DNA of 64,000 nt from positions 100,733 through 164,732 of the forward strand of contig JAVBPY010000009.1 in the NCBI GenBank assembly GCA_031549345.1. Reading direction: 5' to 3'. Positions 55,947 through 64,000 of the stretch are shown here, piece by piece. Made by a program: the position numbers and the translations under genes. This DNA comes from Victivallaceae bacterium (GTDB taxonomy: Bacteria; Verrucomicrobiota; Lentisphaeria; Victivallales; Victivallaceae). Below the pieces are notes generated by a model, which worked only from the letters and a program-made list of their open reading frames with translations, was not told where the DNA came from and ran no database searches. How positions within the stretch are numbered: position 1 is the first letter of the stretch; each line of letters opens with the position of its first letter.

Positions 55947-58900
55947 TTATCCTTCGTTACGGCCGCAACACTTTTTGTGTTTTTTGCCGCTTCCGCAGGG
56001 ACAATCGTCGTTCCGCCCCACCTTCTCGCCCTGGCGGCGGTAGGTAATCAACGAAGGCGTAACCGCCGGAGCGGAAGGAACGGAAGATGACTCCGGCTGC
56101 GGCGCAAGATCGGGCGAGGAAACGGAGAGCACCTGCGCCTGGTCGGCCTCGGCTCCGAATTCGAACTGCCCCAGCGAGAGATGCAGCAATTCCTGCGGCA
56201 AAGACGCCAGGAGATCTTCCGCGGTAATCATACGCTCCACCTCCGCCCGGAAAAGCGAACCGGCGATTTCACGGTAGATGCGCTCCATCAGGGTGCAGAA
56301 AATCTCATACGCCTCGCTCTTGTATTCGATGAGCGGATCCTTCTGTGCGTAAGCGCGAAGCGAGATGCTCGAACGCAAATTGTCCATCGCGTAGAGATGC
56401 TCCTGCCACAACCGGTCAATTGCGTCGAGAACGGTGTGGCGCTCAATGTAATCGACCTGTTCTTCGGTGTACACTTTGTTGTGCTCGTGGTACGCCGCCT
56501 CCAATTTATCGATGATCTGCAAAGTCAGAGCCGCGGCATCGGTCAAACGCCCGTTGGAAATCCCCGCCGTAAGGTCGGCGGCGGTGAACGAAACCGGGAA
56601 CATCTGGTGCAACGATCCGAGAAGCAGCTCGAGGCGGAATCCATCCTTCCCTTCCTCGTTCCCCGCAGACGGAGCCGCGGCCCGCTCCACTTCCCGCTGT
56701 ACAACCTGCTCGACGATACTGAACAATTGCTCGTGCGGTTTCCCCGAAAGCATCGCCTCTTTGCGGAGTTTGTAGATAACTTCGCGCTGTTTATTCATCA
56801 CATCGTCGTATTCCAGCGTCCGTTTACGGATGGAAAAGTGATGCTGTTCCACACGCCGTTGCGCGGTTTCGATGGAGCGATTCAACAAAGGATGCTGCAA
56901 CTCGTCGTCCTCTTCCATGCCGAAACGATCGAAAATCTTAATGATACGATCCGAACCGAAGAGGCGCATCAGGTTATCTTCCAGCGAAATGTAGAATTTT
57001 GAGGAACCGGGGTCTCCCTGCCGCGAACAGCGCCCGCGCAACTGGCGGTCGATGCGGCGCGAATCGTGCCGCGAACTTCCGATCACATGCAGTCCGCCCA
57101 ATGCGGCGACGCCGGGACCAAGTTTGATGTCGGTCCCGCGTCCGGCCATGTTGGTCGCCACGGTAACGGCGCCCTGGTACCCCGCCTGTGCGATAATTTC
57201 CGCTTCGCGCTGGTGGTTCTTGGCATTTAAGACATTGTGGGGAATATTCTGGCGCGTAAGAAAGCGGCTCAAAATTTCCGAGTCGTCGACGGAGGTTGTC
57301 CCAAGCAGAACGGGCTGCCCCTTGGCGTGGCGTTCACCGACTTCCTTGACGATCGCATTGTATTTTTCGCGGCGCGTCTTGAAAATGGAGTCGTTGCTGT
57401 CCTTGCGAATACACGGACGATTGGTCGGAATGACGATCACGTCGAGCTTGTAAATCTGATGAAACTCCGACGCTTCGGTTTCCGCCGTTCCGGTCATCCC
57501 GGCAAGCTTTTTATACATCCGGAAGTAATTCTGGATGGTGATGGTCGCCATCGTCTGCGTTTCCGCCTCAATCTCCACATTCTCCTTGGCTTCCAGGGCC
57601 TGGTGGAGCCCGTCGCTGAAGCGGCGGCCGGGCATAAGCCGTCCGGTATGTTCGTCCACAATGTGAACTTTTCCATCCATCACAACGTAATGAACGTCTT
57701 TTTCGAAGAGGCAGTAGGCCTTCAAGAGTTGCGAGATGTCATGCAGACGCTCGCTCTGGATCATGAAATCGCGCTGAAACGCATTGCGGCGCTCCAACCG
57801 TTCCTCGTCGGGAATGGCCGGATCGTTGTCGATTCGGTGCAGTTCCTGGAGGAGGTCGGGCATGATGAACGATTCCGGCTCGTTCGGCGCGATCGCCTCG
57901 CGTCCTTTGGCGGTGAGGTCGGCTTCGTGCGTTTTTTCGTCGATGGTGAAAAACAACGCGGCTTGCACGTCCTGAAGCATCCCGCGGTTGCTGTCGCTGC
58001 GCACCTGGGATTCAAGCTTATCCAACTCGCGCAATGTTTCGCCGTCTTCCTGCGCGCGGAGAAGCTGTTTGTGCGTGGGCATCCCGAATTTGACCTGGAG
58101 GAGCTTCGTCAGAGCCGCGTCACGGTCGGCTTCGGAAAGACCGTCCTTGGCCAGCGCTTCCCGCGCTTCGGACGCAAGACGCGTACAAAGACGGTTCTGC
58201 TTGGCGTACAAATCCGCCACCGGCGGCTGGAGTTTGTCGAACATGTGCGTGGACATGGGCACCGGACCGGCGATAATCAAAGGCGTCCGCGCCTCGTCGA
58301 TCAGGATACTGTCGATTTCGTCGACGATCGCGTAGTGGTAGTCGCGCTGCACAAGGTGCTCGGCGTTGGTGGCCATACCCATATCCCGGAGGTAGTCAAA
58401 GCCAAATTCGCTGTTCGTCCCGTACGTAATGTCGCAAAGATACTGTTCGCGGCGGTCGTTCGGGCGCATCTGGTTTTGCAGACATCCCACGGTAAGGCCG
58501 AGAAAACGGTAAATATAGCCCATCCAATCGGAGTCGCGCTGGGCCAGATAATCGTTGACGGTCACAAGCTGGCAATTTTTTCCCGTCAGGGCGTTCAGGT
58601 ACAGCGGCATGGTTGCAACAAGAGTCTTGCCTTCGCCGGTGGCCATTTCCGCAATGTTTCCGTGATGGAGCGCGAGTCCGCCCATCAACTGCACGTCAAA
58701 GGGGACCATGTCCCACACCAGCGTCTGTCCGCAGACAATGACTTCCTGTCCGACAAGGCGGCGACAGGTGTTTTTCACCGCGGCAAAGGCTTCGCAGGCA
58801 ATGTCGTCGACGGTTTCCCCCGCGGCAAGGCGCTGTCTGAATTCATCGGTTTTAGCACGAAGCTGTTCGTCGGTCAACGACTGGTAGGATTCTTCAATTT

Positions 58901-58988
58901 CGTTGATCTTACGGACCAGCGGACGCATTTTGCGCACATCGCGATCCGACTTGCTGCCGAAAATCTTCTTCAGGAAGTAGGTGATCAT
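55947..58988 (-). CDS. secA: Preprotein translocase ATPase SecA
   Basis: MITYFLKKIFGSKSDRDVRKM N-terminus, MATGEGKTLVATMP Walker A, DEIDSILIDEARTPLII, C-terminal zinc motif CPCGSGKKHKKCCG; ATG 58988 chosen. Confidence 0.95.
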   Translation of the reverse strand: MITYFLKKIFGSKSDRDVRKMRPLVRKINEIEESYQSLTDEQLRAKTDEFRQRLAAGETVDDIACEAFAAVKNTCRRLVGQEVIVCGQTLVWDMVPFDVQLMGGLALHHGNIAEMATGEGKTLVATMPLYLNALTGKNCQLVTVNDYLAQRDSDWMGYIYRFLGLTVGCLQNQMRPNDRREQYLCDITYGTNSEFGFDYLRDMGMATNAEHLVQRDYHYAIVDEIDSILIDEARTPLIIAGPVPMSTHMFDKLQPPVADLYAKQNRLCTRLASEAREALAKDGLSEADRDAALTKLLQVKFGMPTHKQLLRAQEDGETLRELDKLESQVRSDSNRGMLQDVQAALFFTIDEKTHEADLTAKGREAIAPNEPESFIMPDLLQELHRIDNDPAIPDEERLERRNAFQRDFMIQSERLHDISQLLKAYCLFEKDVHYVVMDGKVHIVDEHTGRLMPGRRFSDGLHQALEAKENVEIEAETQTMATITIQNYFRMYKKLAGMTGTAETEASEFHQIYKLDVIVIPTNRPCIRKDSNDSIFKTRREKYNAIVKEVGERHAKGQPVLLGTTSVDDSEILSRFLTRQNIPHNVLNAKNHQREAEIIAQAGYQGAVTVATNMAGRGTDIKLGPGVAALGGLHVIGSSRHDSRRIDRQLRGRCSRQGDPGSSKFYISLEDNLMRLFGSDRIIKIFDRFGMEEDDELQHPLLNRSIETAQRRVEQHHFSIRKRTLEYDDVMNKQREVIYKLRKEAMLSGKPHEQLFSIVEQVVQREVERAAAPSAGNEEGKDGFRLELLLGSLHQMFPVSFTAADLTAGISNGRLTDAAALTLQIIDKLEAAYHEHNKVYTEEQVDYIERHTVLDAIDRLWQEHLYAMDNLRSSISLRAYAQKDPLIEYKSEAYEIFCTLMERIYREIAGSLFRAEVERMITAEDLLASLPQELLHLSLGQFEFGAEADQAQVLSVSSPDLAPQPESSSVPSAPAVTPSLITYRRQGEKVGRNDDCPCGSGKKHKKCCGRNEG

Positions 58989-59554
58989 AACTTGGAGCCC
59001 GGCCTTTCCACCGGGAGCCCCGCCTTGCAGAGCGGGCACTCCGACTCTTCATACGTCGGGAGCGTAAGTTGCAGAAGGGAGTGAAACGGGACGTCGAACG
59101 CGGCCTTCCCGCCGGAACGGTCCACAATCACCGCGACACCCGCCACAACACCGCCCAGAGAGCGCACCAGCGCAATGGTTTCTTTCACGCGGCCGCCTTC
59201 TGTAACAACATCTTCCGCAACGAGAACTTTCTCGCCGGGACGAATGGAAAATCCGCGTTTAAGGACAAGCGCATTGTCCTCTTTGTCGGCAAAAATAGCG
59301 CGCGTTTTAAGGGCGCGCCCCATCTCCTGGCCGACGATAAGACCGCCGACGGCCGGAGAAATCACCGTTTCAATCTCCATATCCGCAAATTTCTTCGCAA
59401 GTTGAACACAGGCCTTCTCCGCCTTGTCCGGGTATTGAAGAAGAAGCGCCGCCTGGAAAAAGCGGTTGCTGTGCTTACCGCTCCGCAGTTTGAAGTGCCC
59501 GGTAAGAAGTGCGCCGGAATCCTCCAGCAAATGTATGACATCCTGTTCGTTCAT
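58985..59554 (-). CDS. pyrE: Orotate phosphoribosyltransferase
   Basis: LLTGHFKLRSGKHSNRFFQ and PRPP-binding VLVAEDVVTEGG motifs; ATGA overlap with the secA start. Confidence 0.85.
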   Translation of the reverse strand: MNEQDVIHLLEDSGALLTGHFKLRSGKHSNRFFQAALLLQYPDKAEKACVQLAKKFADMEIETVISPAVGGLIVGQEMGRALKTRAIFADKEDNALVLKRGFSIRPGEKVLVAEDVVTEGGRVKETIALVRSLGGVVAGVAVIVDRSGGKAAFDVPFHSLLQLTLPTYEESECPLCKAGLPVERPGSKL

Positions 59555-59572
59555 GGAAAACTCCGAAAAATT

Positions 59573-59603
59573 ATAATAAAAAAAAGTCCGCCTTCAGCGG
59601 AAC
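59573..59603 (-). terminator. Intrinsic terminator overlapping the stop codon of the zinc-ribbon hypothetical gene, upstream of the pyrE promoter
   Basis: Minus strand: gttccgcTGAaggcggac (the stop TGA sits in the loop) followed by tttttttt; a TATAAT-like -10 follows about 15 nt before the pyrE ATG. Confidence 0.45.
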
Positions 59604-59986
59604 GTATCGGGCGACGACGGCTCGATCCACAAATGGAAATCGACCTTCCTTTCGCCGAATTTCAGGCTTATCAGGGTGTTCAGCCGGGTCAAAAGCAGCG
59701 CGTAAGGGATCTTCACCTCTCCGCCCGCGACATTGACGGAAACGTTGCTGTCGCCGAGAATATCCTCCGCCTGGCGGATTGCCACAACCAGCGCAAGCAT
59801 TCGGGAAAGCTTGTCGCGCAATTCTTTATCCAGCGCATACGTCTGGTGGCATTGCGGGCAAACCGCCTGAAAATCGCGTTTCGCAACGTCGGAAAGGTTG
59901 AATTTAACGACACCGTCGCAGGAATCGGCAAAACAATGAAAGTCGATCTGGGCTTTCGCCCCGATGTTCTCGTTGGGATTGATCAT
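59594..59986 (-). CDS. Hypothetical protein with putative C4 zinc ribbon (CFADSCDG...CPQCHQ)
   Basis: ATG at 59986 (MINPNENIG) avoids overlap with ptsN; no family recognised. Confidence 0.35.
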   Translation of the reverse strand: MINPNENIGAKAQIDFHCFADSCDGVVKFNLSDVAKRDFQAVCPQCHQTYALDKELRDKLSRMLALVVAIRQAEDILGDSNVSVNVAGGEVKIPYALLLTRLNTLISLKFGERKVDFHLWIEPSSPDTFR

Positions 59987-60011
59987 GGAAGAAAGTTCCT
60001 TCGCTGGGAGG

Positions 60012-60470
60012 TTATTCGCTGTCCGCCTTGAGGGCCGCGAGAATCTCCGCGGGGGTGGCGCAGGCCGCAAGAGCATCCAGGAGGCCCTGGTTGCGCAGAC
60101 GCCGCGAAATGCTGCCGAGGAGCTGGAGGTACGCCTCCGGGTTTTCGTCCGGCGCTACGGTGAAGACGATCACGCGGATCGGCAAATCGTCCTGGCTCTG
60201 GTAATCGGCAATCGGCTGTTCGGTAACCCCGATAATCACAACCGGCTGCGGAATATCGTTCACGCGGATGTGGGGAAGCGCCAGTCCGTTGCCCACGCCG
60301 GTGGTCATCATCTGTTCGCGTTTCCAAGTCATGCGGAAAATCATATCGCGGCTCAGCTTCGTCAGTGCGGCGGCACGGGTGATCAGCGCATCCATCACCT
60401 CAAGTTTGTTCTTGCCGGAGAGCATCATGACCGAGTCCTGGGCAATGTATTTCGCAAATTCGTACTTCAT
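60012..60470 (-). CDS. ptsN: PTS EIIA type-2 (PtsN / nitrogen-regulatory IIA-like)
   Basis: GNGLALPHIRVNDIPQPVVIIGV contains the EIIA(Ntr/Fru) phosphorylatable His context; about 150 aa from the ATG at 60470. Confidence 0.65.
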   Translation of the reverse strand: MKYEFAKYIAQDSVMMLSGKNKLEVMDALITRAAALTKLSRDMIFRMTWKREQMMTTGVGNGLALPHIRVNDIPQPVVIIGVTEQPIADYQSQDDLPIRVIVFTVAPDENPEAYLQLLGSISRRLRNQGLLDALAACATPAEILAALKADSE

Positions 60471-60675
60471 TCCATCAACCTTTCCAGATAGTGTGTTCAA
60501 TTCTCTTTCCCGTAAAATAATCCCCCATTCATCCTTTTGCAATCGAAAAAACATAAAAAAGTGCTTTCCTTTCCCGAAAAGTTTGTTTTTCTGTAAAAAA
60601 TACCACTTTTCCGCTGGAATATCCACGAAAATGGTCTATGGTTAGAAAGTGTCTTATAATTAAGGAGAGTATCGC

Positions 60676-62118
60676 GTGAAAAACAAAAACATGCTGATGG
60701 GCGCGGCCCTGCTCGGGCTGCTGGCGCTGACGCCGGAGGGATTTTCCATGAATCACAATTTGGCCGCCGCGTGGGGAGATTCCTGCTCGCCGCCGCAGTC
60801 CGCGTTCGTATCTTTCTCCGTTCCCTCGGCGAAGGATGATTCGCTGATGTTCAAAAACGAGAAGGTCATCCGCTACCGTATCCAGGCGGGATTGCGGTGC
60901 AACTTCCTGAAGTGGTCCTTGCACCGTAACATGGTCAACACACCGTTTATGACCGGCGTTCTCCCCGACCAGCCGGGGGCCCTCTTCTATTTGGACATCC
61001 CCACGGATAAACTCATCCCGGGCTTCTACGACCTCCGCGTCGAGCTCGACACGGGTGTTCCGGCAAACAAGGAAAAAGACCGCCTCCTCAAGCGTCCCGC
61101 CGTCGGCGTCAGCACATTCGGCTGGAAAATCGAGGAGATGAAACTCGCGGAGAACCGCCCCGCCGACTTCAAAGCCTTTTGGGATAAAGCGAAAGACGAA
61201 CTCAAATCCGTCGATCTCGCCCCGAAAGACGAAACCGAAAAGAAAGTGTACGACAAAAAAGGGATCGCGGAATACAACACAAGCTCCGCGTGTCTACCCC
61301 CCGACTACGACCCGACGGGCCATAAGTTCGAAACCGTCGAATCCTGGAAAATCAGTTTCGCCGGCCCCGAAAAGGACACCCGCGTTTACGCCTGGCTGGC
61401 CAAGCCGGAAGGCAACGGCCCCTTCCCCGCGATGCTCGTTCTCCCCGGCGCGGGGTTCAACGCCCGCCCCCGGCCCCTCGAACACGCCCGCCACGGCTTC
61501 CTGACCATCGATATGCAGGTGCACGGGCAGGACGTCGACCTGGAAGGGAAATATCCCCAGGTCGAAGGTTACTACAAAGGCCAGGTCTTTGAACCCGCGA
61601 ACCAATACTATTACTACAACATCCATAAGCGGATTCTCCTGGCCCTCGAATACCTCGCCAAGCGCCCGGATGTGGATGCGAAGCGCATCGTCGTGGTCGG
61701 CGGAAGCCAGGGCGGACGCCTCGGCGTGGTCGCGGCCGGACTCTCCGACCGTGTGGCGGCCCTCGTCGCCTGCATCCCGCACTTCGCCAATGCGCCGCAC
61801 CGCATGTGGGTGAGCGAAATGAACCGGACCAAAAAAGACGGCATGAACCTTACCGGCGCTCCGCCGAGCGGCGACACGCCGGAAGCGCGTGGCACCGCGT
61901 ATTTCGACCCGATGAACTACGCCCAGGACATCAAGTGCCCGGTGCTTTTCAACGCGGGCAATATCGACCCGGTTTCACCCGCCTACAGCGCATGGGCTCC
62001 ATTCCTGCGCATTAAGGGCGATAAGACCATGATTTGGCTCCCCGGCCTCGGCCACGACTGGTCCAGCGGTTTCGACCGCCTGGCGTGGAAGTGGCTCGCG
62101 GAAAAACTCAAGCTCTGA
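60676..62118 (+). CDS. Acetyl-xylan-esterase-like (AXE1/CE7-like) alpha/beta hydrolase with signal peptide and extra N-terminal domain
   Basis: GTG start 8 nt after AAGGAG; signal peptide; nucleophile elbow VVGGSQGGRLGVVAAG; HFANAPH and GHDW acid/His region. Confidence 0.55.
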   Translation: MKNKNMLMGAALLGLLALTPEGFSMNHNLAAAWGDSCSPPQSAFVSFSVPSAKDDSLMFKNEKVIRYRIQAGLRCNFLKWSLHRNMVNTPFMTGVLPDQPGALFYLDIPTDKLIPGFYDLRVELDTGVPANKEKDRLLKRPAVGVSTFGWKIEEMKLAENRPADFKAFWDKAKDELKSVDLAPKDETEKKVYDKKGIAEYNTSSACLPPDYDPTGHKFETVESWKISFAGPEKDTRVYAWLAKPEGNGPFPAMLVLPGAGFNARPRPLEHARHGFLTIDMQVHGQDVDLEGKYPQVEGYYKGQVFEPANQYYYYNIHKRILLALEYLAKRPDVDAKRIVVVGGSQGGRLGVVAAGLSDRVAALVACIPHFANAPHRMWVSEMNRTKKDGMNLTGAPPSGDTPEARGTAYFDPMNYAQDIKCPVLFNAGNIDPVSPAYSAWAPFLRIKGDKTMIWLPGLGHDWSSGFDRLAWKWLAEKLKL

Positions 62119-62134
62119 TTCCTGTTTTCAAACG

Positions 62135-62179
62135 CCCCCTTGCCGCCCTTGCCCGGGCGACAGGGGGTTTTCTTTTTCC
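62135..62179 (+). terminator. Putative intrinsic terminator after the acetyl-xylan-esterase-like gene
   Basis: ccccct...cccgggcg...aggggg (6-bp outer stem plus inner CCCGGG palindrome) followed by ttttctttttcc. Confidence 0.5.
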
Positions 62180-62189
62180 CGAATGCGAC

Positions 62190-62218
62190 TTGACAAAACA
62201 AGCGCGTTGTTGTATGGT
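62190..62218 (+). promoter_or_regulatory. Putative sigma70 promoter of the repeat-protein gene (TTGACA - 17 nt - TATGGT)
   Basis: Consensus -35 hexamer; 17-nt spacer; -10-like hexamer; GAGGA SD 9 nt before the ATG at 62256. Confidence 0.5.
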
Positions 62219-62255
62219 TCAACAATCACTTTCTGTAGACTAACGAGGAATAGCC

Positions 62256-64000
62256 ATGGCAAGAGAAGTTTTCCCGGTCGCCGGGTACGACGGTTTCGTT
62301 CAGGATGCGGCTATACGCGTCCCGTCCCGCTACGCGTACTACCCGATGCCCGCCGGCCTCTATTTCTCCGCGGACGGCTGCGGGGCAACGCTGAAATACG
62401 CAATCGCCATCTCCGGACACGATCTCGCCGATGTATCCGCCGTGTTGTTCCGCGATGAATACGACATGCGCCTTGCCGGACGACTCGTCTTCGACGGCGG
62501 AAAACTCAACCTCCGCGCCGCCGCCTCCGGAGGCGCATATGCCGGAACGGTCGCGGCATACGGCATTCACGGTGGAGATTTGGACGCCTCCAGCCCGGGA
62601 ACGGCGGAAATGCAGGGCGCGATCCGCGCATCCGCCCGCTCAAGAACCTGCAACGCCACCGCCGCCGGAATCGACGCCGGAACAACCGCCCTCGCCGCAC
62701 TGGGCCCTAAATTCAACCTTATAATTTCCGCCGCCGGAGGAACAGGGGCCGCAGCGCAGGGGATGCGCGTCTTTTCGTTGGAGCTTGACGCATGGCGCGG
62801 AGGAAGCGTTTCGGTTCGCGCCTCCGGCGGCAAACGTTCCGCACGGACCGGCGCGGAGGCGCATGGTCTTCTGGTGGAATGGTCGATTTCATGTGGATTT
62901 TTTGAGAATACATCCTTTCAGGTGCGCGCCTCCGGCGGCAAAGCGAACGGTTACGACACGGCCTCCGCCTCCGCCGTTGCGGCGGGCATTCAAGCGACCG
63001 ATATTTTGGGCGCCGGCTTCTTCGGGGGTATTTTCATGGTGCGGGCCAAGGGCGGAACGGCCGTCGTGTCTGAAACAGGAAATGCGGCGGCGACGGCGGA
63101 AGCCTGCGCCCTCTCCGGCGACACGTTGAGTATCGATGGTGTTCTGACCGGACGCTTCACAGTTCAGGCAATTGGCGGAAAGGCTTCGGGGGGCGTATCC
63201 GATGCTTCCGCAAGCGCATTCGGCGTCCGCCTCCTTTACGGATATGCCGCAGTGCACAATGTGGACGGCGCGTTTAGAATGACTGTTTCCGCCACAGGCG
63301 GTAAAGCGGGGGATACGGCCACGGCGACCGCGGCGGGTTTCATGCTCAATCCGTACGCTTCGCACACCCTTGAAAACATTTCCGGCACCATTTCCGTTTC
63401 CGCCACGGGCGGCAAAGCCGATGGCACCGGGGCAATTGCCTATGGCGTGGCGACGGGCTCGTTCGAGGAGATGCTCGGCGGCGGCGGTATGCTGCATTTT
63501 ACCTCCACCGCGTCTTTGCGCTTGACGGTGAAGGCCGCATCCGCGTCCGGGAATTCGACGGCCTTCGGCGTGGCGGCGGCGAATTTCGTCGCCGGAGATG
63601 CGGGAGAATGGAACGTGTTCGGCGGGGTTATCTCCGCCCAATCGAAAGGGACAGCCTGCGGTATATGGAGCTCCGGCGGAATAAGCCAGGGGCGCGTTTC
63701 CGGCGCGGTGGTCGCCGTGGGCGCGGGGAACGGAAGCGACGGCGCAACCTGCGCGGTGTACAGTGCCGACGGAGCCGAGTTGGAAATTTACGGCGCCATC
63801 TACGGCGGAAGTACCGGTAACGCGGCCAAGATCGGCACAAAACTCCTGAAACTGGTTGGAACAGGAAAAAGCGCCGCCTCCCTTGCGAAAAAAGCTTCCG
63901 TGGCCATTGTCGCGGGGAGCGGATCGAGCATTTCGGTAAAAGCGGGGGCGATTGTCGCGGGGGATATCCTCCTTGGCGACGGCTCCTCGCTGGAAATTTC
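62256..64000 (+). CDS. Repeat-rich Gly/Ala/Ser/Thr surface-protein-like ORF (beta-helix/adhesin-like), 5' portion; continues beyond the window
   Basis: ORF open from the ATG at 62256 to the window end, so it is not in the track (no stop). About 45-aa repeats with core V[RSQ]A[ST]GGKA.G, visible at DNA level (gtgcgcgcctccggcggcaaa at about 62815 and 62923; gtttccgccac[ag]ggcgg[tc]aaagc at about 63286 and 63395). Confidence 0.6.
   Translation, partial: MAREVFPVAGYDGFVQDAAIRVPSRYAYYPMPAGLYFSADGCGATLKYAIAISGHDLADVSAVLFRDEYDMRLAGRLVFDGGKLNLRAAASGGAYAGTVAAYGIHGGDLDASSPGTAEMQGAIRASARSRTCNATAAGIDAGTTALAALGPKFNLIISAAGGTGAAAQGMRVFSLELDAWRGGSVSVRASGGKRSARTGAEAHGLLVEWSISCGFFENTSFQVRASGGKANGYDTASASAVAAGIQATDILGAGFFGGIFMVRAKGGTAVVSETGNAAATAEACALSGDTLSIDGVLTGRFTVQAIGGKASGGVSDASASAFGVRLLYGYAAVHNVDGAFRMTVSATGGKAGDTATATAAGFMLNPYASHTLENISGTISVSATGGKADGTGAIAYGVATGSFEEMLGGGGMLHFTSTASLRLTVKAASASGNSTAFGVAAANFVAGDAGEWNVFGGVISAQSKGTACGIWSSGGISQGRVSGAVVAVGAGNGSDGATCAVYSADGAELEIYGAIYGGSTGNAAKIGTKLLKLVGTGKSAASLAKKASVAIVAGSGSSISVKAGAIVAGDILLGDGSSLEI
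62800..63450 (+). repeat. Intragenic tandem repeats (about 130-140 nt period) within the repeat-protein gene
   Basis: Near-identical 20-25-nt DNA blocks recur; the protein-level periodicity is V.A.GGKA.G. Confidence 0.5.

Noticed and set aside
59987-60076. Longer starts for the zinc-ribbon hypothetical (60076) and the ptsN-like gene (60626)
   Set aside because: They would create a 65-nt overlap and a 150-nt non-homologous extension; internal ATGs (59986; 60470 with MKYEF...) give standard protein lengths
1-64000. Mobile elements, CRISPR arrays, prophage or RM genes
   Set aside because: No transposase/integrase/recombinase-like ORFs, no regularly spaced direct repeats, no methyltransferase motifs. 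The only repeats are the two extragenic palindromic elements and the intragenic repeats of the final ORF

Overview
This is a GC-rich (about 60%), densely coding bacterial chromosomal window from a Gram-negative-type genome, possibly a PVC-group organism (low confidence). No transposase, integrase, CRISPR array, rRNA or tRNA was seen. Main content, in order: (1) an exopolysaccharide locus, 1-8310 (GT4 fragment, pyruvyl transferase, Wzy-like polymerase, Wza, a Wzc/GumC-like co-polymerase whose kinase domain looks degenerate, a degenerate NTP-transferase/LbH protein, a WbaP-type sugar transferase); (2) a STAS anti-sigma antagonist and a TPR protein; (3) cardiolipin synthase followed by two paralogous lipoproteins; (4) recC-recB-recD with overlapping starts, then a secreted CBM9-like/alpha-beta-hydrolase gene translationally coupled to recD; (5) a compositionally distinct (AT-richer) orphan 554-aa membrane-anchored protein followed by a Cache-HAMP-PP2C sensor phosphatase; (6) GH95 fucosidase, two SIMPL-like proteins and AsnB; (7) a long minus-strand block: DUF3313-like lipoprotein fused in frame to YaiI through an A8 homopolymer, LpoB/COG3417-like, YcfL-like and TPR lipoproteins, a 1280-aa glycosidase-like exoprotein, aroA, and two sugar ABC permeases (one fused to its binding protein); (8) nfeD-flotillin, two paralogous small lipoproteins carrying TolC-like helical repeats, an SNF2 helicase plus SWIM zinc-finger gene; (9) secA, pyrE, ptsN-like EIIA; (10) acetyl-xylan-esterase-like protein and the start of a repeat-rich surface protein. 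Most interesting observations: the YaiI-lipoprotein read-through at a slippery A8 tract with a perfect internal SD+GTG and a GTGA stop/start overlap one frame away; a palindromic extragenic repeat present twice; the AT-rich orphan gene island; a 450-bp structured convergent intergenic region; the flotillin/TolC-fragment/SNF2/SWIM same-strand block; and the repeat protein. All calls rest on by-eye motif recognition only, with no database search.
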